Positions 50,121-60,002 are shown, counted from the first letter of the stretch. The stretch is DNA of 64,000 bases from Candidatus Obscuribacteraceae bacterium (GCA_044229845.1 JBGASG010000001.1:512001-576000), one strand, 5' to 3'. The notes: generated by a model not told the origin, from the letters alone. Numbers and translations: made by a program.

Positions 50121-50314
50121 GCCGCCATCTCCAGAAGCTCTGGGGAGACAGTCTATGGTCTCCTAGCTACTTCGCTGGAAGTTGCGGAGGCGCCCCTATC
50201 AGCATTGTTCGCCAGTATATTGAGCAGCAACGCACCCCACACTGATCGACAAGGCGTCTGCGCCGCCGGCGCTATCCTCCTCGCCCTGAAGGACGAGGCT
50301 TGCCGCGCATCTTG
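49996..50314 (-). mobile_element. Non-autonomous, internally deleted IS200/IS605 (IS609-like, divergent tnpA/tnpB) element
   Basis: Subterminal hairpins TCCCCTCCCTGAAGGAAGGGGA (50005-50026) and CCTCGCCCTGAAGGACGAGG (50279-50298); TnpA C-terminal remnant; TnpB-like tail; removing it restores a repeat copy. Confidence 0.85.
50124..50245 (+). pseudogene. tnpA: 3' fragment of IS200/IS605 HUH (Y1) transposase
   Basis: LWGDSLWSPSYFAGSCGGAPISIVRQYIEQQRTPH*, with the catalytic YxxxQ; the HUH-containing N-terminus is absent. Confidence 0.88.
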
Positions 50315-50425
50315 GTCAAAGACAGCGGGTGATGCGACCGAGAGAGTGTTTTGAAAAATCGAGAGCGTGTTTTGCGCGTTTGTGAAAACGTGAGGCTCAA
50401 ATCGCAAGCGTAGACCGGAATCTGC

Positions 50426-50455
50426 TTGACGCGACATACTAATGTATGGTAGCTT
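50426..50455 (+). promoter_or_regulatory. Sigma70-type promoter of dnaE2 overlapped by palindrome CATAC-TAAT-GTATG (candidate SOS box)
   Basis: TTGACG (50426-31), palindrome 50435-50448, TGn-TAGCTT extended -10. Confidence 0.6.
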
Positions 50456-50500
50456 GAGGACAGCTGATTTAGACTGTCTTTTATAGGTCGTGCGCCGCCA

Positions 50501-53500
50501 ATGGTGGAGTATGCGGAGCTGCATTGCCATTCGGCATTCTCTCTTCTGGATGGAGCTTCCAACCCGGAAGAACTGGTGGCGAGGGCTGTTGAAGTGAAAC
50601 TGAGCGCTCTGGCGCTCACCGATCATGACGATATGGGCGGCATGGTTCGTTTCTCGCATACAGCGAAGGAATATAACTTGCCTGCCATCGTAGGCACCGA
50701 ACTGACTATGGAGGAAGATCATCACCTGGTTTTGCTGGCGCAAAATCTCTCTGGTTATAAAAACATTTGCCATCTCATCACGAAAGGACGTTTCAATAGT
50801 GAGCGTGGTGCGCCGCGTATATCGTTTGAGACGCTGTCCGAGCACGCCGATGGCGTAGTTGCTCTGTCGGGATGCCCGCAAGGTATAGTGCCCGCGTTGT
50901 TCGCGCGCGGAGAGCATGAGCGTGCCACGACGGAAGCCTGCCGCCTGAGGGAATTGTTTGGCGAAAACTTCTTCTTGGAACTTTGGGATCACAATTTGCA
51001 TCAAGAGGGACTTATTTGTCGACAGATGTTGGATCTGTCGGCGCGGTGGGCGATACCGTGGGTGGTGACCAATAACGTTCATTATGCGCCGCCGGAAAAA
51101 CGCATGATCCATGACGTGCTTACATGTCTCAAGCATGAAACTACGCTGCAGACCGCCGGCCGCCGATTGCGGCCAAATGGCACCTGGTACATGAAGTCTC
51201 CCAAGGAGATTGAGTATCAATGGCAGCATGATCTGACCGGCGTTTGCAATACACTGGTTGTGGCGGAGCGCTGTCAGTTTCGTCTGGAAACATTGAAGCC
51301 GGTTCTGCCGGAGTGCCGCATTCCGGCAGGCATGGATCGCAATAGCTACTTGCGCGACCTGGTTTGGCAGGGCGCTCGTGAACGTTATGGCAGCCGGCTG
51401 ACTGAAAAACATGTACAGCAACTTGAACACGAACTTTCCATAATTACCCGGATGCAATTGGAGCCGTATTTCCTCCTTATGCACGAGATTGTCGAATACG
51501 CTCGTTCGCAAGGCATCGCGGTCCAGGGACGCGGTTCCGCTGCCAATTCCGCCGTCTGTTATTGCCTGATGATCACAGCCGTAGATCCAATTGGTATGGA
51601 TTTGCTTTTCGAAAGATTCATTTCGGAAGAGCGCAACGAACCGCCGGATATAGATCTAGATATTGCCCATCAAGAAAGAGAAAAGGTGTTGCAGCATGTC
51701 TATCAAAAGTATGGACGGCAGCACGCCGCGATGGTTTGCGAGCACATTACTTACCGGGGACCTTCCTCTGTGCGTGATGCGGCACGGGTGTTCGGATTCT
51801 CTCAGGAACAGGCGGATCGCTTATCGGCGGAGTGTCAACATGGCGAGGCGCGCACGGCAGCGGAAGGTCTGCTCGCCGGCGGTGCCCGGCGCGCCGGATT
51901 AGATCCATCCGATCGGCGCGTACAGCTACTCATCCAGGTTGTCGCCGGACTGCACCAGTTGCCTCGGCACCGCTCCATACACGTCGGCGGCTTTGTGCTT
52001 TCGGGGGAACCGCTGGGACAGATAGTGCCTATAGAACCCGCCGCCATGGAAGACCGCACCGTTATCCAGTGGGACAAGGATGACCTTGAGCTGGTCGGCT
52101 TGATCAAGATAGATTTGCTGGGGCTGGGGATGCTGACCCTGATCCAGGAAGGCGTTAAGCTGGTTCAGCAACATCGAGGCGTCGATCTGGACCTGGCGCA
52201 ACTGGACATCACCGACCCAGAAATTTACAACATGCTGCAGCGAGCTGATACCATCGGCTTGTTCCAGGTAGAGTCGCGCGCGCAGATGTCCATCCTGCCG
52301 CGCCTTAAACCGACTTGCTTCTATGACATCGTTGTGTCGATTGCGCTGGTGCGCCCGGGTCCTATTCAAGGCAAGATCATTCATCCGTATTTGCGACGGC
52401 GGCGCGGACTGGAGCCTGTCACATACCTGCATCCTTGTGTAGAACCAATTTTGAAGCGCACTCTCGGTGTGCCGTTGTTTCAAGAACAGGGTATGCGTCT
52501 GGCTATTGCGGCTGCCGGATTTACAGCGGCGGAGGCGGATGGCTTGCGGCGTGTGATGACGCACAAACGTTCGCTGGAGAAAATGACTAAGCTCTGCGAA
52601 CAGCTGGCTGAGGGAATGCGACGCAACGGACTCTCCGACATTGCCATCGAAACCATAACTTTCCAGCTGCGCGCTTTCGCCAATTATGGTTTTCCAGAAA
52701 GTCATTCGGCATCGTTTGCTTTATTAGTGTTTGCATCCGCTCACCTGAAACGATACTATGCACCGGAATTTTTCTGCGCCATACTCAATGCGCAGCCGAT
52801 GGGCTTCTACAGCCCGGCTACTTTAATCCGCGATGCAATTCGGCATGCTGTCGAAGTTCGTCCTGTCGACCTGGCAAAAAGTAGTTGGGACTGCACTCTG
52901 GAAAATGACGAAACAGGCGAGCGTCCCCCAGCGCTGCGCTTGGGCATGCGCTATGTGAACGGACTGGGATATCATGCCAAGCTGGCGTTGCAGAGGGTCT
53001 GGACGGAAGGCGGCTCTTTTACATCGGTGGAAGATGTCTGCCTGCGCAGCGGACTTAAGTCTAAAGATCTGGAAAGGCTAGCTATGGCTGGTGCCTTCGC
53101 TTCTTTTCTACCCGGCAGGCGTCGGGCGTTGTGGATGGTGCTTTCCATTTTGCGCAATCGCTTTGATTTGCCTTTGATGAGGAAACTCAAAGAGTTGCAG
53201 ACGGCACCGGAAATGGTGCCGGAAGGTATTGTGCCGATGGACGAACTGGAAGAGATTATTGCCGACTACAGGACGACAAATCTTTCGACTGGACGGCATC
53301 CCATGACTTTCTACCGGCAATGGGCGGATGACCGCGGCATGTATGCGGCGAATCAGCTTACCTGGCTGAGGGACGGTGACCGGGTTTCTACCGCCGGCGG
53401 TGTCATTGTCAGGCAACGACCAGAAACTGCCAAAGGTTTCGTCTTTATCACCCTCGAGGACGAAACTGGAACGTCAAACATTATCATCAATCCACAGGTC

Positions 53501-53665
53501 TTCGAACAATACCGGAAGGAGATCCTGCGCCATCAGTTTCTTGCCTTCACCGGTCAGCTCCAGCTCACGGACAACGTCGCCAGCATTAAAGCAGAGGAAG
53601 TCATGCCGCTGCCGCGCATCACAGACGAAACATCACTGCACCTGCACGCCCGCAACTTCCACTAG
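50501..53665 (+). CDS. dnaE2: Error-prone DNA polymerase DnaE2 (ImuC)
   Basis: YAELHCHSAFSLLDGAS, GRGSAANS, PPDIDLD, SIHVGG, GFPESH, C-terminal ARNFH (SRDFH-like). Confidence 0.95.
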   Translation: MVEYAELHCHSAFSLLDGASNPEELVARAVEVKLSALALTDHDDMGGMVRFSHTAKEYNLPAIVGTELTMEEDHHLVLLAQNLSGYKNICHLITKGRFNSERGAPRISFETLSEHADGVVALSGCPQGIVPALFARGEHERATTEACRLRELFGENFFLELWDHNLHQEGLICRQMLDLSARWAIPWVVTNNVHYAPPEKRMIHDVLTCLKHETTLQTAGRRLRPNGTWYMKSPKEIEYQWQHDLTGVCNTLVVAERCQFRLETLKPVLPECRIPAGMDRNSYLRDLVWQGARERYGSRLTEKHVQQLEHELSIITRMQLEPYFLLMHEIVEYARSQGIAVQGRGSAANSAVCYCLMITAVDPIGMDLLFERFISEERNEPPDIDLDIAHQEREKVLQHVYQKYGRQHAAMVCEHITYRGPSSVRDAARVFGFSQEQADRLSAECQHGEARTAAEGLLAGGARRAGLDPSDRRVQLLIQVVAGLHQLPRHRSIHVGGFVLSGEPLGQIVPIEPAAMEDRTVIQWDKDDLELVGLIKIDLLGLGMLTLIQEGVKLVQQHRGVDLDLAQLDITDPEIYNMLQRADTIGLFQVESRAQMSILPRLKPTCFYDIVVSIALVRPGPIQGKIIHPYLRRRRGLEPVTYLHPCVEPILKRTLGVPLFQEQGMRLAIAAAGFTAAEADGLRRVMTHKRSLEKMTKLCEQLAEGMRRNGLSDIAIETITFQLRAFANYGFPESHSASFALLVFASAHLKRYYAPEFFCAILNAQPMGFYSPATLIRDAIRHAVEVRPVDLAKSSWDCTLENDETGERPPALRLGMRYVNGLGYHAKLALQRVWTEGGSFTSVEDVCLRSGLKSKDLERLAMAGAFASFLPGRRRALWMVLSILRNRFDLPLMRKLKELQTAPEMVPEGIVPMDELEEIIADYRTTNLSTGRHPMTFYRQWADDRGMYAANQLTWLRDGDRVSTAGGVIVRQRPETAKGFVFITLEDETGTSNIIINPQVFEQYRKEILRHQFLAFTGQLQLTDNVASIKAEEVMPLPRITDETSLHLHARNFH

Positions 53666-55903
53666 TTAAAGAACAGCATCGGCGGTAAAGTGGATCTCTG
53701 CATTGCTGCCTGCCGGATCGACGTCGAACTTAGTTAGCTTAATCATGTTCCACTTATTGTCTTTGAAGAGTCTAAGCTTGCCGTCGAACTTGAACGGCAT
53801 TTCCAGTTTCTTCAAATGACCGGTAATCACTTTGCGTTCCAGACCTTCCGCAATGCCGCCGGTCACTTTGCTCCAATCCAGATTGACGTCATCTCCGAAG
53901 CCCAGGTCGACGTCTACCTTGTAGGATAACTCACTGTCTGCCAAAGACCTGTTCGGCAACAAGCTGTAATCCATCTCGCCATCACCACTGACGGTGGCAG
54001 TTGCTTTCCAGGGCTTCGTCTCGGTCTCCGCATCACTTTTGATGATTGCCATCAGGCTGCCCTTGTCGATTGTCCCATCGGCCAGCAGGTCAGCCTGGAC
54101 TTTGAACGTAAACTGATTGTCGTTTTTCAAATTCATGCGGTCGATTTCCAGGTCTGACATTTTGACTGTTTTGACAGTAGCGTTGCGATAGCGCCACTTG
54201 CGGTCTGATACTACTTTATTGAGGTTGAAGACCTTTTCCTTCGGCAGGCGTGCCGTGATTGCCTTAGCGAGAGCGCTTTGCGGCAATGTGACGGTGCATG
54301 ACTTGAGGTGCAAGCGTGCTTGACCATTTACCGAAGAAACATCCAATCCTTTCGCCTTGATCTCGGCTTTTTCATCTCCCAGCAATTTGCACTGGTCGAG
54401 CGTGAAGTTGAGTTGGCTGGTTATGTGCACATCAGGATCCAGCACAATCATCAAGGCACCGTCCAGATCGCTCAATTGCAGCACACCGGCCGGACCAGCA
54501 AAGCTTGCTGAACCCAGTTTTACCGTAATCGGCAAAACCATTTGCTGTACTTCCCGGTCCTTATTGAGCGAGAGGTTCATCCCCGCCGGCAAGGATAGTG
54601 TTGAATGTCCTTTGGTTGTGAGCTTGAATGTTTTCTGCCCATTGCTCCAGACGATCTGGTCAAGCTTGGCAGTTCCCTTTGTGATGCTGAAGTCCATTTC
54701 GCCATGTTTGTCGAAGTTTATTTCATCGATGACCGCATCAGATAGGTAGAGGGACAACTGCGTTGTCGGTCGATTGACGTGCACAGTAGCTTTGGATGCC
54801 GTCTCTGGTTCCAGAGTCGAGAATCTCGTTTCGCGAAACTCTTTCGTCACGTCGAGACTAAGTTTGGCGGGAATCGGATCCTGGAAGTGCGCTTCGGTTT
54901 CTTGCCGCTTAGTTCTGATTGCCACATCGGTGTTGGTCAATTGCATCGGTGCAACTACATGCAGTTCACTGTCCTCCTGACCTTCTGTCTTCTTCCAGTC
55001 GATCTGAGTCGGGGTGATTTCGCATTTGCCGGAGTGCGCCGAGGAGCGTTTCTCTTTGCCGAATTTGAAAGTCGAGTCGGTGAGCAAAACCTTGGGTGGT
55101 GTGTTGCCTAACATGAGCTCGACTTTGCCAGCGACGCGATTGGCGTTCAATTGCAAAATCACGGAGCCACCGTTAAACAGAGTATCGACCTTTTCGCCGG
55201 CCCAATTGCAGCCGGGCAGGAAGTTCAGATTGGCTTTGAAACTGCCGACATAGTCTAAGGATCTATCGATGGCGGCATCCTTGAGTTCCACGCTGGAGCC
55301 TTTGCCTACGTGCAGCACCTTGTCATCGAACTTTAGAAATGAATCGGGTTTGAGATCAACTCGTGCCGATTCGATGCTGAGCAAATCGACGATCTGAGTC
55401 AATTCCTGATTCTTGACGCTATCTGCCTGGTTGTTGATGACGTTCAAGAAGTAAGTCCCGAGCAGTCTCAGGAGATCAATGTCTGAAGTGGCCTTGCCGT
55501 CCTTCAGTTCGATAGTTTGCGGCAATGGCACTCCCACAACCAGCACCGAGCTTGAAGTCCAGAGCTGCCCGCTGGCGTGTTCGGTGGAAATGACCGCTGG
55601 ATTGTCTACCGGCAGTGACATAGTGAGCCGGAAATCGGTTATTTTGTTGATGGTGACAGTCCGCCCGCGCACCTGATAGTTGCCCGGACGTAGTCGTCCA
55701 CGCGCCACCACTTCAACTTTCTGAGCGGCTTCCAGCAGGCGGCGCACCGACGGGTCGCTTACCTTAACCGAAAAGACAGCAGGGATCACCGGCTTGCTGG
55801 TGTTCAACTGAGGGAACATACTGCATCCGCTCAGCACGCACAAAAGCGCTGCCGTCACAAAGGCAGTGAAACAGCTGGCGACGTATTGGCGTGCTGCGTT
55901 CAT
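53666..55903 (-). CDS. Large beta-rich putative lipoprotein of unknown function (paralog 1)
   Basis: Lipobox LSGC; colinear with 56020-58287. Confidence 0.8.
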   Translation of the reverse strand: MNAARQYVASCFTAFVTAALLCVLSGCSMFPQLNTSKPVIPAVFSVKVSDPSVRRLLEAAQKVEVVARGRLRPGNYQVRGRTVTINKITDFRLTMSLPVDNPAVISTEHASGQLWTSSSVLVVGVPLPQTIELKDGKATSDIDLLRLLGTYFLNVINNQADSVKNQELTQIVDLLSIESARVDLKPDSFLKFDDKVLHVGKGSSVELKDAAIDRSLDYVGSFKANLNFLPGCNWAGEKVDTLFNGGSVILQLNANRVAGKVELMLGNTPPKVLLTDSTFKFGKEKRSSAHSGKCEITPTQIDWKKTEGQEDSELHVVAPMQLTNTDVAIRTKRQETEAHFQDPIPAKLSLDVTKEFRETRFSTLEPETASKATVHVNRPTTQLSLYLSDAVIDEINFDKHGEMDFSITKGTAKLDQIVWSNGQKTFKLTTKGHSTLSLPAGMNLSLNKDREVQQMVLPITVKLGSASFAGPAGVLQLSDLDGALMIVLDPDVHITSQLNFTLDQCKLLGDEKAEIKAKGLDVSSVNGQARLHLKSCTVTLPQSALAKAITARLPKEKVFNLNKVVSDRKWRYRNATVKTVKMSDLEIDRMNLKNDNQFTFKVQADLLADGTIDKGSLMAIIKSDAETETKPWKATATVSGDGEMDYSLLPNRSLADSELSYKVDVDLGFGDDVNLDWSKVTGGIAEGLERKVITGHLKKLEMPFKFDGKLRLFKDNKWNMIKLTKFDVDPAGSNAEIHFTADAVL

Positions 55904-56019
55904 GTGAGAGTTATTCCCCCCATGATCTTATCTGATTGGCCTGGCGATCTGATCCGGTGAAGTTGGCTGATTATCAGCCTTTTGATGTACTGACAATGAC
56001 TGACGGATCGCAGGGACTG

Positions 56020-58287
56020 CTACATAACAGCGTCGGCTGAAAATCGCATCTCGCATCCGCTTTCTGAAGGAACGACGTTGACACCGGTCACACGCATAAA
56101 ACGCAACTGTTGGTTGCTTCTATTGAAAGCGGGAAGGTTGCCCTCAAACTGAATCGGCATGTTCAATTCCTGGATGCTGTTGACGACAGCTTTGCGTTCA
56201 GTATCTTTGAACAGTCCGTCGTTTACTTGCGACCAATCTACGTTGATATCCTCACGCACGGGCAAATCAATGGCGACCTTGTATTCGATCTCCGTTTCAG
56301 ATAGCGATTTTGGTGCCTTGATCTCGTAGGTGACGGTGCCAGTGCCGGCAACGCTCGCGCTAGCATTCCACGGGCGCGTTTCTGTTTCCGCATCGTCTTT
56401 GAATATTGCCATCAATCCGCCCTTGTCCACCGTGCCTTCGGCGGCTAGATCGCCTTTGATCGAGAATTTGAGCGTGTTTGGTCCGCTGAGCTGCATGCCA
56501 TCGATTTGCACGTTGCGTATGTGCAAGTCCGAGACTTTGAAGTTGCGGTAACGCCATTTTTTCTCGGCAAGGACTTTATTGAGTTGCAGGTCCTTCTCCT
56601 TGGGCACACGTTTCAAAATGGCTTCCCGCAGGGCATCCTGGGAGACCGTGACTGACACTGACTTAATGTGCGCAGAAGCAGAGCCCTTGTCAGACTCGAT
56701 GCGCAGACCTCTTGCTTTGATCATCGCCTTCTCGTCTCCCAAAAGCTTTGATTGGTCAATTGCGAAATCCATATCGCTGGTGATGCTGACATCGGGATCG
56801 CAGGCGATCAGAAGCTGACCATTGAGGTTGCTCAAAGCGAACGAGCCGGACGTGCTGGACAAAGAGGCAGAGCCCATCTTTACTGCAATCGGCAGAACCA
56901 TCTTGGTGTTGCCAGGTTGTTTACTGAGATTGAGACTCATCCCGGCAGGTAACTCCAGAACCGATGCGCCGGTGGAAGTGAGAGTAAACGTTTTCTTGCC
57001 GGTAGACCAGTAGACCTTCTGCAGTTTGGCTGTGCCGCGCGACAGATTGAAATCCAGATCCCCATGTTTGCTCCAGGCAATTTTGTCTACCTTCGCGTTG
57101 GTGAGATCCAGTCTGACTTTGGTTTTCGGTCGGTGAATATCTACTGTTGCAACCGAGGCTGTCGGCGGATTGAGAGTGGAAAATGTATTGCGCCTTCCGG
57201 CGCTGTCGATGTCGACGGTAAGCAGTGCCGGTGCCACTCCAGGGAAGGTCGCGTCGGTCTGTTGCGTATCTGTCTTCACACAAACTTTAGTGTTGGAAAG
57301 ACCAAGTGGAGTGATCAGGTGAAGATGAGAGTCCGGCGCACCCTCCGGTTTAGACCACGTCAATTCCGTCGGTCTCAAGACGGCAGTGGTGCTGTGCGCA
57401 CTCGAACGTTTTACTTTCCCGAATTTGAAAAGACAGTCGGCGAGAGTGACCCGTGCATCGCGTCGGGCGAGCGTCAGTTTGACGTCCCCATTTACCCGTG
57501 TAGCTTTCAACTTCAAGTTGGCTGAACCACCGTTGAAGAGCACATCGACCTTCTCGCCGATCCAGTTGCAATCATTGAGAAGGTTTAGTTGAGCGATGAA
57601 GTCCCCTTTGTAGTTCAGGTCACCGTCCAGAACGACATCTCGCAGCTGGACAATCGAGTCTTTGCCGATGTGCAGTTTTTTCTTGTCGAAGTAGCAATCT
57701 GCGCCCGGGGTCAAACGCATGGTGGCAGTTTTCACAACCAGCACGTCCAGAATCTGACGCAGGTCTGCTTGCTTGGCGCTTTCGCTTTGATTCTCCAGGG
57801 CGTTTATGAAAAACATGCTCAGCATGCGCAGCAGATCGACGTTCGATGTGGCCTTGCCATTTTTGATCTCGATAGTTTTCGGCAGCGGTAGGTTCATGAA
57901 CAAGACTTCTTCTGACGTCCAGAGGGTGCCGGAGGCACGCTCTGTGCTCAGCACCGTCGGATCGTCTATCGGCATCGAGATGTCCAATTTGAAGTCGGTG
58001 ACTTTTTTGATTGTGATCGGACGGCCGTTAACGACGAAGGTGCCGGGTTTCAGCTTGCCGATTGCCGACAACTCTATGTGGTCGGTTATTTTCAAAAACC
58101 TGACCACGTCCGGGTCCGCGACTTTCACATTGATGATGGCCGGAATCACCGGTTTGGCTGTACCCATCTCCGGTATTACGGCGTGGTGAGTGAGTGTTTT
58201 GTCTTGCAGGACCGGAGTGCATGCAGCCACTGCGCAAAGACATGCCGTCACCGGCAAAATGAGCAAACTGAACAACCTGTGGCGCAT
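56020..58287 (-). CDS. Large beta-rich putative lipoprotein of unknown function (paralog 2)
   Basis: Lipobox VAAC; shares KPVIPA, GEKVDxLFNGGS, RSSAHS, KWRYRN and ADAV[LM] with paralog 1. Confidence 0.8.
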   Translation of the reverse strand: MRHRLFSLLILPVTACLCAVAACTPVLQDKTLTHHAVIPEMGTAKPVIPAIINVKVADPDVVRFLKITDHIELSAIGKLKPGTFVVNGRPITIKKVTDFKLDISMPIDDPTVLSTERASGTLWTSEEVLFMNLPLPKTIEIKNGKATSNVDLLRMLSMFFINALENQSESAKQADLRQILDVLVVKTATMRLTPGADCYFDKKKLHIGKDSIVQLRDVVLDGDLNYKGDFIAQLNLLNDCNWIGEKVDVLFNGGSANLKLKATRVNGDVKLTLARRDARVTLADCLFKFGKVKRSSAHSTTAVLRPTELTWSKPEGAPDSHLHLITPLGLSNTKVCVKTDTQQTDATFPGVAPALLTVDIDSAGRRNTFSTLNPPTASVATVDIHRPKTKVRLDLTNAKVDKIAWSKHGDLDFNLSRGTAKLQKVYWSTGKKTFTLTSTGASVLELPAGMSLNLSKQPGNTKMVLPIAVKMGSASLSSTSGSFALSNLNGQLLIACDPDVSITSDMDFAIDQSKLLGDEKAMIKARGLRIESDKGSASAHIKSVSVTVSQDALREAILKRVPKEKDLQLNKVLAEKKWRYRNFKVSDLHIRNVQIDGMQLSGPNTLKFSIKGDLAAEGTVDKGGLMAIFKDDAETETRPWNASASVAGTGTVTYEIKAPKSLSETEIEYKVAIDLPVREDINVDWSQVNDGLFKDTERKAVVNSIQELNMPIQFEGNLPAFNRSNQQLRFMRVTGVNVVPSESGCEMRFSADAVM

Positions 58288-58418
58288 TCAAATCACGCTG
58301 AGTGAGGATTATCCATCTCCAGGACGTGACGTATTGAGAGCGATTCTAGTTTCGGCCGGTTGGTTAAATTCAGGGTGACAACCGTCGACGATGCCCTGAG
58401 TTTGTGCCGCGGACATGT

Positions 58419-60002
58419 TCAATCAAAGAAACCTTCCAGGTGCCAGGCGTCAACTTCGTGGTCGTGTACAAGCAGGATCAAGAAAGACTCACTCTTCGAT
58501 TCGATAAGAGCGACGTAGTATGACTTGCGCACCGGCGTCTCCCACCACAGTCCGGAGAGCCTTTCAGGAGTGGTGATCTCTTTGATTTTGTGCCAGCGGT
58601 GTTTATAGGTGACGGCGGTTGGCTGATTGTTTTGAAACTCGACCAGCACCGGGCACGGTGGTGTGCTGCGGCGCAGCACCAGACCGCAGGCAACTTGCTG
58701 CGAACCGACGCGGCTGCCCACATATTCCAGATTGATTGGCAATACATCGCGAATTACACCGTAAGCGCTATCGGTCACCGGCAGCCAGGCGCCGGCATGC
58801 TCTGGAATGTGTTGATCGTTATGTACCGAACGCACCACTGCATGTTCTCCAAGTCGAGACATAAATTTCTGCAGCAGTAAAGTCAACGATTCTGTAAGTC
58901 CATGGTTGTTGTGCAAAGTCAGCAAACTGCGTTGCTGATGGTGCTCGCCCGTCTCATAGCTGATCTGTTGCCAGGACTCTTTCGAATGGCGAGAAACTGT
59001 CACCACGCAGCCGGTGAACTCTCGTGTCAGCGGCTTTGATTCAAGAGATAGCCTGGCTATTTCAACGAGAAACTTTACCTGATTGCTGGGGCGAATTAGA
59101 TTGAGCGTGCGCTCGTCAATCTTCTCGTTTTCGTTGAAAAAGGACAGCGTCAACTCTTCCGCCCAGAGTCCGTTTTGTTTCAGGTCGAACGTCAGACGAT
59201 CGAGCATGGATTTGAGAATGAACTGAGTCTCGTGCAGGAGTTCGACCGGGGCACCTAATTGAACGATACAGGTATAGTTGCGCTCAGCTGCCGGCAAATG
59301 CGGCTGCACATTGTCGATGCCGCGCGCCAATTCGTGCACGGCAAGCCCCTCACGTCCGAAACGCTCCACAACATGGTCGACTGGCAGTTTTACCAGTTCG
59401 CCCAGCGTATTGATGCCCAGATCGCTGAGCGTTGACTGGAAGTCTTCCGATATGGGCAGGTGTTGCACCGGCAGTGGTGCCAGGAAATCCTGGTCGCCTT
59501 CGGCTGGCACAATGCAAAATTGCTTTTGTCGAGAACGCGTTGCCACCAGTGCCGCAAAGGAACTATCAGCGATGCCGGTGCGCAACTCGGCAAAGCCTGA
59601 ACGGTTGACTACCCGCTGCAGGTTGCGGCAAAAGCGACGTTCGCCGCCCAGGAGTGTCAATCCGCTGGCGTCCAGGAGAAAAATGCCCAGGGCCTGCACC
59701 GTCACTTTGGGAGAAACGGTAATCAGCTCGTGCGAGAGAGCTTTCTGCGCTTTCAGGTAGGCGTTTTGATCGTATTCTTTGAATTGCAGATCGGCGCAGA
59801 TTGCGCGGGCCTGCGAAAGTTTCATGCCTGCCGAAACATTGCGGCGGCTGGCTTCTTTCGAGCACATAACCACATGAGCGCGACTGCCCTTACCCTGGAC
59901 GAGTGCGAATGGCTTACCTTTGAGCTCGGGAGCGAGTTTTTGATGTACGCCTATCTCGAACCTGGGGATGCGTAAACAGGCGATTCGCTGTGGAGCACTC
60001 AA
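58419..60002 (-). CDS. imuB: Y-family polymerase-like ImuB
   Basis: IACLRIP, GMKLSQARAICADL, FLLDASG, LAPLPV, LGINTLGEL, PERLSGLWW..RKSYY, C-terminal GFFD; GGAGGT RBS. Confidence 0.88.
   Translation of the reverse strand: MSAPQRIACLRIPRFEIGVHQKLAPELKGKPFALVQGKGSRAHVVMCSKEASRRNVSAGMKLSQARAICADLQFKEYDQNAYLKAQKALSHELITVSPKVTVQALGIFLLDASGLTLLGGERRFCRNLQRVVNRSGFAELRTGIADSSFAALVATRSRQKQFCIVPAEGDQDFLAPLPVQHLPISEDFQSTLSDLGINTLGELVKLPVDHVVERFGREGLAVHELARGIDNVQPHLPAAERNYTCIVQLGAPVELLHETQFILKSMLDRLTFDLKQNGLWAEELTLSFFNENEKIDERTLNLIRPSNQVKFLVEIARLSLESKPLTREFTGCVVTVSRHSKESWQQISYETGEHHQQRSLLTLHNNHGLTESLTLLLQKFMSRLGEHAVVRSVHNDQHIPEHAGAWLPVTDSAYGVIRDVLPINLEYVGSRVGSQQVACGLVLRRSTPPCPVLVEFQNNQPTAVTYKHRWHKIKEITTPERLSGLWWETPVRKSYYVALIESKSESFLILLVHDHEVDAWHLEGFFD

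Noticed and set aside
50027..50245. 72-aa ORF as an intact transposase
   Set aside because: Only the C-terminal ~40 residues are TnpA-like; the rest is antisense to the tnpB tail and the HUH motif is missing
50153..51511. 452-aa minus-strand ORF
   Set aside because: Antisense shadow of dnaE2 with no recognisable motifs
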